From positions 1-59,279 of the forward strand of contig JAVJSW010000014.1 of assembly GCA_040219255.1 (NCBI GenBank): a stretch of 59,279 nucleotides of DNA. The letters run 5' to 3'. Position 1 is the stretch's first letter. Each line of letters starts with the position of its first letter. Both the position numbers and the translations under genes were made by a program. This DNA comes from Sumerlaeia bacterium. Its GTDB lineage: Bacteria; Sumerlaeota; Sumerlaeia; SLMS01; JAHLLQ01. The notes under the pieces are model-generated. The model made no database searches and was not told the DNA's origin. It was given only the letters and a program-made list of their open reading frames with translations. Shown in pieces: positions 23,128 to 36,400 of this stretch.

Positions 23128-24258
23128 TCAGGGATTGAGCGCGAGCCCGATGAGCGCCGCCGAGCCGGTGGGGGCTTCGGTGGCGATGACGTCGAAGGCG
23201 ATTTTCCAGGGCGTGGCGCCGTCGCTGGCCCAGGCCAGTTCGATTTCGATGGTTTCCCGGTCCCCGGCGGCGGCGCGCAGCAGCGTGCCCGCCGCCGCAT
23301 GGCGCCGGTGATCCGCGGGAAAGGCGCGCAGGCGCACCGTGGGCGGTTCGCGCCCGGCGGGGTGCTCGGCGTGGACGCGGGCCACGATTCGATGGAGCCC
23401 GCGCGGCAGGGGATCGAGCGGGGCCTTCGATTCCCAGAAGGCGAAGCTGGGCGCGCCGGGTCTGACCTGATGCACCCGCAGGCCCATGGTGGTGTCGGGC
23501 AGCCGGGTAAGGGTGGCGCGGGCCGGGCCGTAGATGACCTCGCCGCTCCAGTGGTCCGGGTTGCGGTTCCGGGGATGGGCCAGCTCCTCGAAGGTGCGCA
23601 CCGGATCGGGCGGTTTTCGGCGCCATCGGATCTGATCCTCCAGCCATGGCAGCATGTCTCCGCGATGGAGGCGGACGGCGAAGTTGTTGTTCCGGCCGAT
23701 GGCTTGGGCGATGCCCACGAGACGGTGGCTGTCGGCGCCATCGATGCGCCAGAGGGGCGAGCCGCTGCTGCCAAAGGCGAGGTCCATGCGCGTGTGATAG
23801 TCGGCGCCGTCGGCCTCGACGCCGCCGGTCACGTGCATTTGCACGGGCGTCCCGGCGAGAGCGGCGGCGTCGGACGGATAGCCGGCGATGGCGCCGCGGA
23901 ATCCGGACGGCGGATGGCGGCCCGGTTCGAAGGCCACGGGCGGCCCGATGTCCCGGTGAACGTGGGCGAGGCGATAGACGCCGACGTCGAACTCGGGCGT
24001 TTCGCCGCCATTGATGTAGCGGGGGTGGACCATGCGTTCGAGGGCCAGCGCGTAGCCGAAAGGGTCGCGGGGCCAGGCTTCGCGGGGGCCAAAGGCCATC
24101 CAGCCGCGCCGCGTGCCCAGATGGGCGCAGGAAATGGCCGTTTCCGGGGTCAGGAGGGAAAAGGTCCCTCCCCAGCGGGTGGCCGAACCGACGGTGCGGT
24201 GGGGCCAGGCTTCGGTGCCGGCGATGATGAGGCGGTCGTCTTTTCCAAAGATACCCAT
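23128..24258 (-). CDS. Trypsin-like serine protease with C-terminal beta domain
   Basis: IFGKDDR, SCAHL, FDVGV, GYP, GSSGSP triad motifs. Confidence 0.75.
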   Translation of the reverse strand: MGIFGKDDRLIIAGTEAWPHRTVGSATRWGGTFSLLTPETAISCAHLGTRRGWMAFGPREAWPRDPFGYALALERMVHPRYINGGETPEFDVGVYRLAHVHRDIGPPVAFEPGRHPPSGFRGAIAGYPSDAAALAGTPVQMHVTGGVEADGADYHTRMDLAFGSSGSPLWRIDGADSHRLVGIAQAIGRNNNFAVRLHRGDMLPWLEDQIRWRRKPPDPVRTFEELAHPRNRNPDHWSGEVIYGPARATLTRLPDTTMGLRVHQVRPGAPSFAFWESKAPLDPLPRGLHRIVARVHAEHPAGREPPTVRLRAFPADHRRHAAAGTLLRAAAGDRETIEIELAWASDGATPWKIAFDVIATEAPTGSAALIGLALNP

Positions 24259-24312
24259 GATGCGTGACAGACTCCTGGGGTGGGATTGGGGGAGTCTGCC
24301 GCAAGTGGTTCC

Positions 24313-24369
24313 GTTTGTCCCCTCATGTGGAGACTAAGGAGCAAGAAAGACAAGATACACTTATCAGAC
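24313..24369 (+). repeat. Dispersed 57-bp repeat
   Basis: gtttgtcccctcatgtggag-N9-caagaaagacaagatacacttatcagac; both blocks identical at 27722-27778. Confidence 0.85.
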
Positions 24370-24511
24370 AAGATCGACAAGAAAGGGAACTCGGCTTGAC
24401 GAATGGAGAAGGGTGGACTTGGATTTCCCCAAGTTCTCCTTGTTTGTAGTGAAAGGCTCCATTGTCCCCCCCGATCCCAAGCGACTGTTGAAGCACCCAG
24501 GAGTGTCGACC

Positions 24512-25783
24512 ATGGCTGAAGCTGAAAAAAGTTCCGCGAAAACGTCCACCGCCGCGAAGAAATCCACGGCGGCGAAGAAAAAGTCAGCCTCGTCCGCGGG
24601 CCTGGAGAATTCCATCGCCTCCCTTGAGCAATCCGTCGCCGACCTGGGCCGGCGCCTGGACGAGGGGCTGGCTTCCATCACCGCCGCCGCGGCCGCCCAG
24701 CCCGCCCCCGCGGAGGCGCCCGCGGCGCCAGACTACACGCCGCAGCTCGCCGCTCTGGAGCAGCGCGTCAACGCCACGGCGGAGAAGCTGGCCGAGACGG
24801 ACGCGCACCTGAAAGCGGCGCTCGAGGCGCTCGGTCAGAAGGTCGACGCCCACGACCACAGCGGCGTTCACGGCCAGATTTTCGAGCGCTTGGACCATGT
24901 GCAGGGCGCGCTGGGCGACATCCAGGGCAAAGTCGCCCACCAGGATGCGGGCGCGGCGCTGGGGCCGGTGTTCGAACGCCTCGACCACCTGCAGGGCGCC
25001 ATCCACGGCCTTGAGCAAAAGGTGGCTGGGCAGGATGCGGGCCATGTCCACGGCCAACTCTTCGAACGGCTCGACCGCGTGCAGGACGCCCTGGGCACGA
25101 TCCACGGGCGCCTGCATGCGGAGGACGAAGCCGCCGCACATGAGCATCTGATCGAGCGGCTGCGGGAAGTTCACGTCTCCGTGGAAGCGGCCAAAGGACA
25201 GTCCGAAGCCGCCCGGCGCGCTCTGGAGAGCCACTCGGGGCCGCTGAACGACATGCGCGAAGGCATGGTCTCGATCACCGCGCGGCTCGATCATCAATCG
25301 GACAAACTCGACAAAATCGTGGACGCGATGGCGGCCGCGGTGACCGATATCCGAGCCACCGTGCACGGAGCCGACGCCGGGCCGAAACTGGCGCCGGTGC
25401 AGGAGAGCCTCGTTCAACTGAATCAGAAGGTCGAATCGATGGGGGCGGCGCTGCTGAAGGAAACGCAGCGCCTGAACCAGGTGAAGAGCGAGCTGGCCGA
25501 GGAACTGCGCGCCGTGATGTCGAGTACGGCAGACAGCATGCGCAACACGCATCAAACGTCGGAGGACAACATGGGCGCCACATTGGCGGCGCTTCAGTCG
25601 TCGGTGCAGAAGCTGTCAGCCAAACTCGACTCGTTGGAAGAAGCGAACCAGAGCAAGAAAGACCACGAGCCGCTGCTGCAGAAGCTTCAGGCGGATGTGG
25701 GCGGGGTGAAGACGCTGACGCTGATTCTCGTCTTCGTCATCCTCATCGTTCTCTTGGTGAATGTGTTCGGATTTTTCTTCTAA
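24512..25783 (+). CDS. Tail-anchored coiled-coil protein with His-rich 30-aa repeats
   Basis: Lys/Ala-rich N-terminus, FERLDH/RVQ repeats, single C-terminal TM helix; AGGAG RBS. Confidence 0.85.
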   Translation: MAEAEKSSAKTSTAAKKSTAAKKKSASSAGLENSIASLEQSVADLGRRLDEGLASITAAAAAQPAPAEAPAAPDYTPQLAALEQRVNATAEKLAETDAHLKAALEALGQKVDAHDHSGVHGQIFERLDHVQGALGDIQGKVAHQDAGAALGPVFERLDHLQGAIHGLEQKVAGQDAGHVHGQLFERLDRVQDALGTIHGRLHAEDEAAAHEHLIERLREVHVSVEAAKGQSEAARRALESHSGPLNDMREGMVSITARLDHQSDKLDKIVDAMAAAVTDIRATVHGADAGPKLAPVQESLVQLNQKVESMGAALLKETQRLNQVKSELAEELRAVMSSTADSMRNTHQTSEDNMGATLAALQSSVQKLSAKLDSLEEANQSKKDHEPLLQKLQADVGGVKTLTLILVFVILIVLLVNVFGFFF

Positions 25784-25804
25784 GTCAATAAAAATCAACG
25801 CATT

Positions 25805-25933
25805 GTAACACAGACTCTCCAGTCTGTGCATCCCCGGGCCTCGGGGACACAGGCAAGAGTGCCTGTGCCACATTTCGGCGGGGAACTCTTGGACGAGAAG
25901 CGCCGCGGGTCACGGGCGGGACGCCCGTGCTAC
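25805..25933. repeat. Cluster of three REP-like palindromes between convergent genes
   Basis: GTAA-cacagactctccagtctgtg, cacaggcaagagtgcctgtg-CCAC, cacgggcgggacgcccgtg-CTAC. Confidence 0.75.
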
Positions 25934-25937
25934 TTTT

Positions 25938-27494
25938 TTAGATCACCCGGTCGTACTCGCTCAAATCCATCGTCCAGACCCGGACGCCGCAGTAGCGCGC
26001 GCCTTCGGGGCAGATGGGTTTCGTGCCGGCCATGGCTCGCAGGGTGCAGGGCGGCAGAAGATAGCGGCCGATGTTAGGCTGGACCGCGCGGATTTGGTCG
26101 GCTTCATCGACGGAGGCTTTCCAGATTTCTTCTTGGGCGTTATAGCATAATCGCATTTCGTGTTTGTGGCGAAGGTTGAGAAGATCGGCGCTCTCAGTAA
26201 ATCGCACCGACGCCGCGTTGGGCAGGAGATAGAGAATGTGCTCGGGCGCGGCGCCGAGAGTCCGCAGTTTTTCCATCGCGTTCCAGGATTGCTCCATGAT
26301 GCCGGAGTAAATGCGCGCCGCCGTGTCGTCCATTTCGATCAATTGCGGGGTGATGTAATCCGGTTCGGCATCCACGTGGGCCGCCAGGATCGGGCGTGAC
26401 GCGGGAGTCATGCGGTGGCGCTGGTCCTGGCTGTCGGCGGTGTGCGAGATTTTCTTTTTGAAGGTATAGTGGGCGTGGAAGAGAGCGCGGCTGAGTTTGC
26501 TGACGGTGGTCAGGTTGAGCGACTCGCCGAGGAGCCGGTTGCGCCCCGGGTCGAGGGCCAGGCGGATCGCCTCGGCGTCCTTCAGGTCTGCCCGCGTCAG
26601 CCCTATGACCTCGCGCACGGCGTCGGCGACGAGGCTTTCGGCCTGGGGCGACCAGCCCACGAGGCGCGACGTGCGGCCGTCGAGGGCGGCGTCGAACTCG
26701 GCGCGGAAGGCGGTGGCTTTGGCGCCGGAGAGGAGTTGGGGCTCGTTGGCGAAGAACTCGGCTTCGGGAAAGGCGGCGGGGTCGAGGGGTTCCTGGAGCG
26801 TGATTTCGTAGTCGGGGTCGAATTCGAGGAGTTGGCGCACCATTTCGCCGACGATGGCGCGGGTTTCGTCGGGCACGTCCTGCTGCTCGCAGACACGCCA
26901 GTAGCGCAGCAGCGTGACGGCGGAAATCGTGTGGTACAGGTACGCCGTGGTGCCGACGGGCAGGACGTAGCGGGCGATTTCCTGGGCCTTTTTCTTTTTC
27001 GCGACGGCGTGCTTTTTGGCCATCCGTTCGCTGCGGGGAAATCGGGCGTGGAAGGCGGCGTCGGCGGGGCCGAGGAGGACTTCGCACAGCTCCTGATAGG
27101 CGGCGAACTGGGCTTCGGCGGTGCGGGCGAAGAGGGTTTGGGCCTCGGGCGTGGGGAGCTGCGGCGTCGTCATCGTGTCCGGCTTGACGGTGACGTAACG
27201 CTGGCTGACCTGCTCGCTGTTGTAGAAGGGGTGGGCGTGGAGGAACGACCAGATGAACTGGCGCGAGACGTTCTCCATGGCGAACTGGAAATGGGCGTGC
27301 TGAAAGGTGGTGTGGTGGCCCGCTTCGTAGATGGATTTGGCCAGGGGCGAGAACTTCTCGCGGTCGCCGACGGCGCCGTCGTCGATGATGCCCTTGCTGG
27401 AATAGCAGGTCCGGGCGGTGGCCACGGTGTTGCGAAAGGGGGTGGTGAAGGCCTTGTGCAGGCGGATCTGGGGGGGCGCTGAGAGGAAGGGCAT
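25938..27494 (-). CDS. thyX: FAD-dependent thymidylate synthase, tandem two-domain form
   Basis: AGHHTTFQH, VSR, SQRY, EIARYVLP in domain 1; QRHR and YLLPNA, MRLC...AQEEI in domain 2; 518 aa. Confidence 0.88.
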   Translation of the reverse strand: MPFLSAPPQIRLHKAFTTPFRNTVATARTCYSSKGIIDDGAVGDREKFSPLAKSIYEAGHHTTFQHAHFQFAMENVSRQFIWSFLHAHPFYNSEQVSQRYVTVKPDTMTTPQLPTPEAQTLFARTAEAQFAAYQELCEVLLGPADAAFHARFPRSERMAKKHAVAKKKKAQEIARYVLPVGTTAYLYHTISAVTLLRYWRVCEQQDVPDETRAIVGEMVRQLLEFDPDYEITLQEPLDPAAFPEAEFFANEPQLLSGAKATAFRAEFDAALDGRTSRLVGWSPQAESLVADAVREVIGLTRADLKDAEAIRLALDPGRNRLLGESLNLTTVSKLSRALFHAHYTFKKKISHTADSQDQRHRMTPASRPILAAHVDAEPDYITPQLIEMDDTAARIYSGIMEQSWNAMEKLRTLGAAPEHILYLLPNAASVRFTESADLLNLRHKHEMRLCYNAQEEIWKASVDEADQIRAVQPNIGRYLLPPCTLRAMAGTKPICPEGARYCGVRVWTMDLSEYDRVI

Positions 27495-27721
27495 GGCAGG
27501 CGAGGGACGACGGGGATGGGGTTTCGGAGAGAATGGGCCACAGGAGGGCGCGGGCGGTCTGCAAGAAAATGTCGGGGGAGCACCGGTTGGCGCATCGATG
27601 TTTGATATGGCTTGGCTTCGGCGAATCACCAAGTTCGGTTTCGGTGGGGCGGATGGGAGTGTCATGGCGGGCGGTGTCCTGTGCGAGGGGGCGATGAGGA
27701 GAGCGTCGCACAGGCCGGCTG

Positions 27722-27778
27722 GTTTGTCCCCTCATGTGGAGCTTACGGGACAAGAAAGACAAGATACACTTATCAGAC
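27722..27778 (+). repeat. Dispersed 57-bp repeat
   Basis: Second near-identical copy of 24313-24369. Confidence 0.85.
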
Positions 27779-28081
27779 TAAAGGGACAAAAGGCGCTTAG
27801 GGGCGGGTAAGTCTTGGAAAGGGAGGAGTTTGGAACCGCGGATGGACGCGGAGGGGCAAAGAAGCAGGGAGGGTGGCTGGCGGAGAAGAGAGGGTGGTGC
27901 TGGGCTTTTGCGCCTGAAGGCGGGACTACGAGCGGCTCGGCGGGAGGGAGGGGGGCGGGAGCTGTTCCAACGCCCGCTCTTGACGGCTCGCGCTGGGTGC
28001 GCCTAGCGTCTCGGACCCGTGTGGCGGGCTTCTCGCTCGCGCACAATTTTTTCCCAAGGACGGTCACAAGCCGTGTCCCAG

Positions 28082-30970
<2,889 letters not shown>

Positions 30971-31001
30971 CGGCGAAGCACGGAAGGAATCTGGACACAC
31001 G

Positions 31002-31295
31002 ATGGAAGCAGCACCCATGGAAACGGTCACGATCCTCATGATGGTCGGGATGGGCCTGGTGGTCTTGTCGGCGTTGCTGATGACCGCCTGCCAGATCTGG
31101 TATCTGGTCGAGATGTTCCGCGAGAGTATCTGGTGGGGCCTGGGCGGGTTGTTCTGCGGCGGGATCGTGGGCCTGATTTTCCTCTTCGCGAAATGGAGCA
31201 AAGCCTGGCCGCCGGTGGCGGCGAGCCTGCTGTGTTTCCCGCCGATGCTCATCGGGTTTCTGGTGATGTACGTCGAGTCGGCGACGGGGGTCTAG
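31002..31295 (+). CDS. Small hypothetical membrane protein
   Basis: 97 aa, three hydrophobic segments, FRESIWWGL motif; follows valS. Confidence 0.75.
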   Translation: MEAAPMETVTILMMVGMGLVVLSALLMTACQIWYLVEMFRESIWWGLGGLFCGGIVGLIFLFAKWSKAWPPVAASLLCFPPMLIGFLVMYVESATGV

Positions 31296-31340
31296 GGGCG
31301 GGGGCCGAGTCTGGTTCGAAAGCCGAAAAGCGTGGCTGGC

Positions 31341-31363
31341 CATGGGCGGGACGCCCATGTTAC
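31341..31363 (-). repeat. REP-like palindrome
   Basis: GTAA-catgggcgtcccgcccatg on the minus strand. Confidence 0.7.
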
Positions 31364-31489
31364 CCTTAAGATGGTTCTGCCTTAGATCCCGCCCACGCCG
31401 GCCCCGGGGAACCTGGGCACGGGTGATGCTGTCTCTCGGGGAGAGTAATCGTCGGCCAGACGCCGCCCCCCCTCAGGAGTATGATAAAC

Positions 31490-32902
31490 ATGACAATCAA
31501 GACCGCCCTCGTCCCCGCTTTTCTCGCGCTGGCGCTGACCGCGTCGGGCTGTAAGGATAAGCCGGAACCGGAGATCACCGAATCCACTTCGACGAATCGG
31601 GAGAACGTTCTCTTGGCCCAAGCCTCGCCCTCCGCCAACAGCGCCCAGCGCGAGCCCGGCTCGCAGCCTGCGACGCGGCCCGCTTCCCAGCCCGCCGCGG
31701 GATCCCCGGCGCCGCCGGTGCCTGTCAAACCCAAGCGCCAGGATGCCGCGGGCCAGGAGGTGCAGGACGTGCAGCCGAGCGACCCGGCGGCCTTCAACGG
31801 GTTCGCCTTCGATCTGCTGCGCGAGGTCGCGGCGGCCGCCGAGGGCGATGAGAACGTGCTGATTTCCCCAGCCAGCATCTCGACGATTCTGGCCCTGGTG
31901 GCGGACGGCGCGCGGGGGACTTCGCGCGAGCAAATGCTCGCCGCCCTCGGCGTGGAGACGCTGCCGGAGAAGCAGCCTTTCGGCTTTCTGAACGAGGCCG
32001 GCGACGTGGACGTAAACATGGCCAACGCGGTGTGGGTCGACGCCGGCTATTCGATCCGCGATGCGTTCGCGAAGCACGCGCGCGCAGACTACGGCGCGGA
32101 AATCGGAACGCTGGAACTCGACAGCGACGAAGCCGCCAAACTGATCAACGCCTGGGTCAAAGACAACACCAACGAGATGATCGAGAGCCTGGTGGATGGG
32201 CCGCTGGGCGATGACATGCGGGTGTACCTGGCGAACGCCGTGGCGTTCGAGGGCAAGTGGCGCGATCCCTTCCAGGAGGCCCACACCAAGGACAAGCCGT
32301 TCCACCTGGCCAATGGCGATTCGGTGCAGGTGCCGCTGATGACGCGGACGGGAATGATCCGCTATACCGAAGCCGCGATGCCCGGCGGCGAAGGTCAGGT
32401 GCAAGTGGTGGAGCTGGAGTATGGCGAAGGCGGCGGCTATTCGATGATCGCCATGCTGCCGCCGCAGGATCAGGACGTGGTGGAGCTGGTGTCCAGCCTG
32501 GACGCGGCGGCCTGGGAGGAGCTGACGGGTCAGCTCCGGCGCCAGGACGGCACGGTGACGATCCCGCGGCTGGAGTATTCTTTCAAGAAAATCCTGAACC
32601 AACCCTTGCAGGACCTGGGCATGACGGCGCCGTTCCACAAGGGTCAGGCGAATTTCGATGGCATGGGCGAGAACCTCTTCATCGGCGAGGTGGTGCATAA
32701 GGCCTACATCGAAATGAACGAAGAAGGTACGCGCGCCGCCGCCGCCACCGGCGTCGGGATGCGCGCCACATCAGCCAGCATCACACCTCCATTCCATTTC
32801 CTGGCGGACCGGCCCTACGTGTACTTCATCGCGACGCGCGGCGGCGGGGCGAAAGTCCCGGCGGTGCTGTTCTCGGGCGTGGTGAAAAACCCGAAGGGCT
32901 GA
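31490..32902 (+). CDS. Serpin-family lipoprotein
   Basis: Lipobox LTASG|C, NVLISPASI, INAWVKDNT, NAVAFEGKW, hinge EEGTRAAAATG, FLADRPY. Confidence 0.93.
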   Translation: MTIKTALVPAFLALALTASGCKDKPEPEITESTSTNRENVLLAQASPSANSAQREPGSQPATRPASQPAAGSPAPPVPVKPKRQDAAGQEVQDVQPSDPAAFNGFAFDLLREVAAAAEGDENVLISPASISTILALVADGARGTSREQMLAALGVETLPEKQPFGFLNEAGDVDVNMANAVWVDAGYSIRDAFAKHARADYGAEIGTLELDSDEAAKLINAWVKDNTNEMIESLVDGPLGDDMRVYLANAVAFEGKWRDPFQEAHTKDKPFHLANGDSVQVPLMTRTGMIRYTEAAMPGGEGQVQVVELEYGEGGGYSMIAMLPPQDQDVVELVSSLDAAAWEELTGQLRRQDGTVTIPRLEYSFKKILNQPLQDLGMTAPFHKGQANFDGMGENLFIGEVVHKAYIEMNEEGTRAAAATGVGMRATSASITPPFHFLADRPYVYFIATRGGGAKVPAVLFSGVVKNPKG

Positions 32903-33363
32903 TGGCCGAAGGTTTCCAGCGCGAGCGTGGGTGAACGGCTGGGTCTGGAGGATTTCCTTCGCGGCGCAGGCGTGGCCGGCTGACCTGTTCGAGCGGCCTT
33001 TTTCACATTTGATGAAAAAGACTGCCCCCATCCTCACGTACAGAATCGACATATAGATTTTTTTATTGCTGGCTTCGTGTCAGGCGAAACTATCGATGAG
33101 TGCTTTCGGCGATCTGCGCGCGAAGATCTGGCTTCGCACTCCCTTTGGCGCCAGCGATGTTACATAGTCGCATGGAGGGGAGCGGGTCAGGAACTGTTCT
33201 CCATTCGAGCGACTGTGCAAAGGGGAGTTCATTCTCTTTAAAAAGACGACATGGTGGGCTATGGCAACACACGGCAGACCATGACTCGTTGAATTCATTG
33301 CACCTGAACGATGGCCCTTCGATCACGTCGATTACGGGTTGACGGACGTGAACCCTTCCGGTT

Positions 33364-33372
33364 TGTTATAAT
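33364..33372 (+). promoter_or_regulatory. Extended -10 promoter element
   Basis: TGTTATAAT (TGnTATAAT) 52 bp upstream of ATG 33425. Confidence 0.5.
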
Positions 33373-33424
33373 TATACTGCACCCATTGCTGTTTTCACGT
33401 TCGCCGTTTCTCAAGGCCGGAGCT

Positions 33425-36400
33425 ATGAATTTGCCCAAGATCGACTTGTCCCGGATCCGATCTCTGTCGCGAGCCGCCTGTGCGGGCGGGGCGGCGGTGG
33501 GGGTGGTTCTCGCGCTGGCGTCTCCCGCCGCGGCCGGGGAAAAGCTCGCCGCGGTGAACGGTGACGCCGTGGCCGATGCGGCGGATGTGATCCGCGCCGC
33601 CGGTGAGATCGGCCAGAGCGGTGGCATCGCGCCGTCTGCCCGGCAAATCCCGCTCGACCTCAACGAGGACGGCCTCGCCGACGCTCGCGATGTGGCCAGC
33701 GGAAGCGAGATCCTGGCGGGGATTCTCGATCCGCCGGTGGCCTTTCAGATCACCGCGCCGCCCCCGGAGCTGACCCTCACCGCCGATGAGCGCCTCCTGA
33801 TCGAAGGCACCGTCGACGGGCCCGCGGAAATCTTGATCGGCAGCCTGTCCCTCGGCGAGCGAGACGGCGCTTTCGCCTACCCGGTCACGCTCTTGGAGGG
33901 CCTCAACGTCTTCACGGTGCAGGCGCTCGCGCCGGGCGCCGAGGGCTTCGCCGGACCGGCCAAAGACATTTCGATCATCCTGGACAAGACGCCGCCGGGC
34001 CTGGTGCTGACCGCTCCGGCGCATCGCCAGGCATTTTCGCGGCTGACCGCCACCGTTTCGGGCAACGTCAGCGACAACAACGGCGCCTTGCCCGGCCTGG
34101 GCGCCCGCGTGTTCGATGGGGAAAAGGGAACCACGCTTCCCGCGCCCGGGCTTTCCGTGCGGATCACCGCGCTGACCTATCCGGCGGGCGATGTGGTCGA
34201 GGAGAGAACCATCACCCCGGATGTCTTCGGCGATTTCTCCACCGGCATCACCCTGGCCAAGGGCCTCAACGACGTGCGGGTCACCGCCATCGACGCCGTG
34301 GGGCTGGAGAACACGGCCACCGTGCGGGTGCGAACGTTCCTCTCCGATCCCGTGAGCGCCGAGTCCGCGGGAGGTGCCCGCATCGAGCTGCCGGAGGGAG
34401 CCTTCCCGAAAGAAGAAATGGCGGTGCGGGTCTTTGACATAACGACCGCCGAGATCGAGCAGGCCATCGGTTTCGAACTCGAATCGCTGCCACCGGGCGG
34501 AGGCCTCGACGATTTCGCCGAGGGGCTCATCGTCCTGCCCAACGCGATGATGGTCGAGGTCGAGAACGGCCCGCCGCGGGGCGCCCCTCAGTTCCAGGAA
34601 GTGCCCGCCCTCTCGATTCCCAACGTCACCCAGGCGGACAATTCGATGCCGCTTTGGATCTTTCAGGTCCAGCCGGACCGGGACGGCGACGGCCAACCCG
34701 AGCTGACACTGGTTTCGCGCGCCGAGGCTTCGGAGGACGGGAGCGTCATTCGCCCCATCGTCGGCGGCACGGGGGCGGTGGACGCCATTTTGCCCGGCGC
34801 CTTCGCGGCCGGGAACGATCGCTTTGGAGAACCGGACCTCTTTCAGGTCGAGAACGCGAAGGCCGTGCGGGACCTGAAAGACCGGCTGCGGGGGCGCGCG
34901 CCGAAGGCGATGCGCGGCGCCAACGTGGCGGTCGCGACCTTCAGCTCCGCCGCCGGGGAATCGCGGCAAGCCATTGCGACGCCCGTGCCCGAGGCGGTGC
35001 GGCTCTCCGCCCCCCATTGGGGTCCCCTGGCCAAGGCGCCCGCGCGCTTCGCCACCAAGGGCCAGGATGTCACCACTATCGTGATCGACGATTTCGACGA
35101 CGGCGACCTGCTCAACGAACTCGATCCGCCGGGGCTCGTTTCCCTGATCGAGACCGGGTCCTCGATCCCCGATTCGGACGATCCCATCGCCGCCGAGGGC
35201 ATCGACACGAACGACCTTCCGGGCCAGGGCTCGGGCGGCACCGGCGGCCTGCGGATGCGTGGCACCTTCGGCCCCGCCAATCCGTCGGGGGAAGCGCTCA
35301 TCAGCCTCTCGCTCCTCGGCTATGGCGCCGCGTTTCAACTTGGCGGGTTCCAGGGCCTCGAACTGGTTCTCGACATGCGCTCCCTCACCCCCGGCGTGTC
35401 TTACGAGGTCCGCCTCGAGGACGGCTCCGGCGGCGGGCGCTTCGTTCCGGTCACTATCGGTCCGGACTATTCGGCCGTGGTGGTCCCGGTGGACGAGATG
35501 GGGCCCGAATTGGACCTTGGCGACCTGCGCCGCATCGTGATCCGCGCCACCGGCGGCGCGGGCACGCGCGTCGATCTCTCCATCGACAATGTGCGCCTGC
35601 GGGGCGAGGAACTGGCCGCACCGCCCGCGCCCACGCCACCGCCCACGATCACCCCGACGGCATCGATCACGGCCACGCCGAGTTCGACCGCGACGGCGAC
35701 GCCGACGGAGCCCGCACCGACGCAAACGCCCCCGCCGACGATGACGGCGACGCCTCCGCCGCCGACTCCTCCGCCGACGCCGGGTCCCACCGATCCGCCT
35801 CCGCCGCCCGAGTTCACGCCGCCTCCCACCGCGCCGCCGACGGTTCCACCCACGCCGACGCCGGACCCGCAACTCGAAACCCAAGTCACCTTCTACTGCT
35901 GCGCCGCATCGGCCATCATTCCCTTCGCCGGCGAGGTGAAGTGCGAAGACGACGACAACGTCTTGCAGCAGCGCCTGCGCGAGTGCATCGCCATCGAACG
36001 CCAGAAGCTGCAGGATCTGCTGGAGCAGTCGCGGCTGCTCAAAGAAGCGCTGAACGAAGCCAACGGCCGCATGACGCGCGGCTATCAGAACGCGCTCGGC
36101 GTGGTGGAATTCGACAACGGGAACTTCATTCCGGTCCCGTTCTTCGGCAGTATTTTCCGCGCCATCACCTACAAACCGGGCGCGCCCAAGGGTGTCTCCG
36201 GCAGCCAGGCGCAGGAAGCGATCCGGCAGGCGGCGCTGTTGAAAACGGGATTGCTGGCGACCGACAACGTGCGGCGCACCGCGGGCGATCTGCGGGCCAT
36301 CGCGGGCAGCGGCAGCGCCGATCAGATCGCCGGTGCGCGTCTCGGTGTCACAGGCCGCAGTCTGCGCGACATCGCCAACTACTACACCGCCGTGCCCAAC

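Noticed and set aside
24313-27778. CRISPR interpretation of the 57-bp repeats
   Set aside because: Copies are kilobases apart with genes between them; there is no repeat-spacer periodicity and no cas genes.
27495-28081. T-box leader upstream of valS
   Set aside because: No T-box consensus or terminator/antiterminator recognised; the region is filled with dispersed repeats.
32903-33424. Short ORFs in the AT-rich gap before the giant gene
   Set aside because: No recognisable motifs or consistent coding bias; treated as intergenic or decayed sequence.
35620-35870. ccgacg/ccgccg-rich low-complexity tract
   Set aside because: Simply encodes the Pro/Thr linker of the giant protein.
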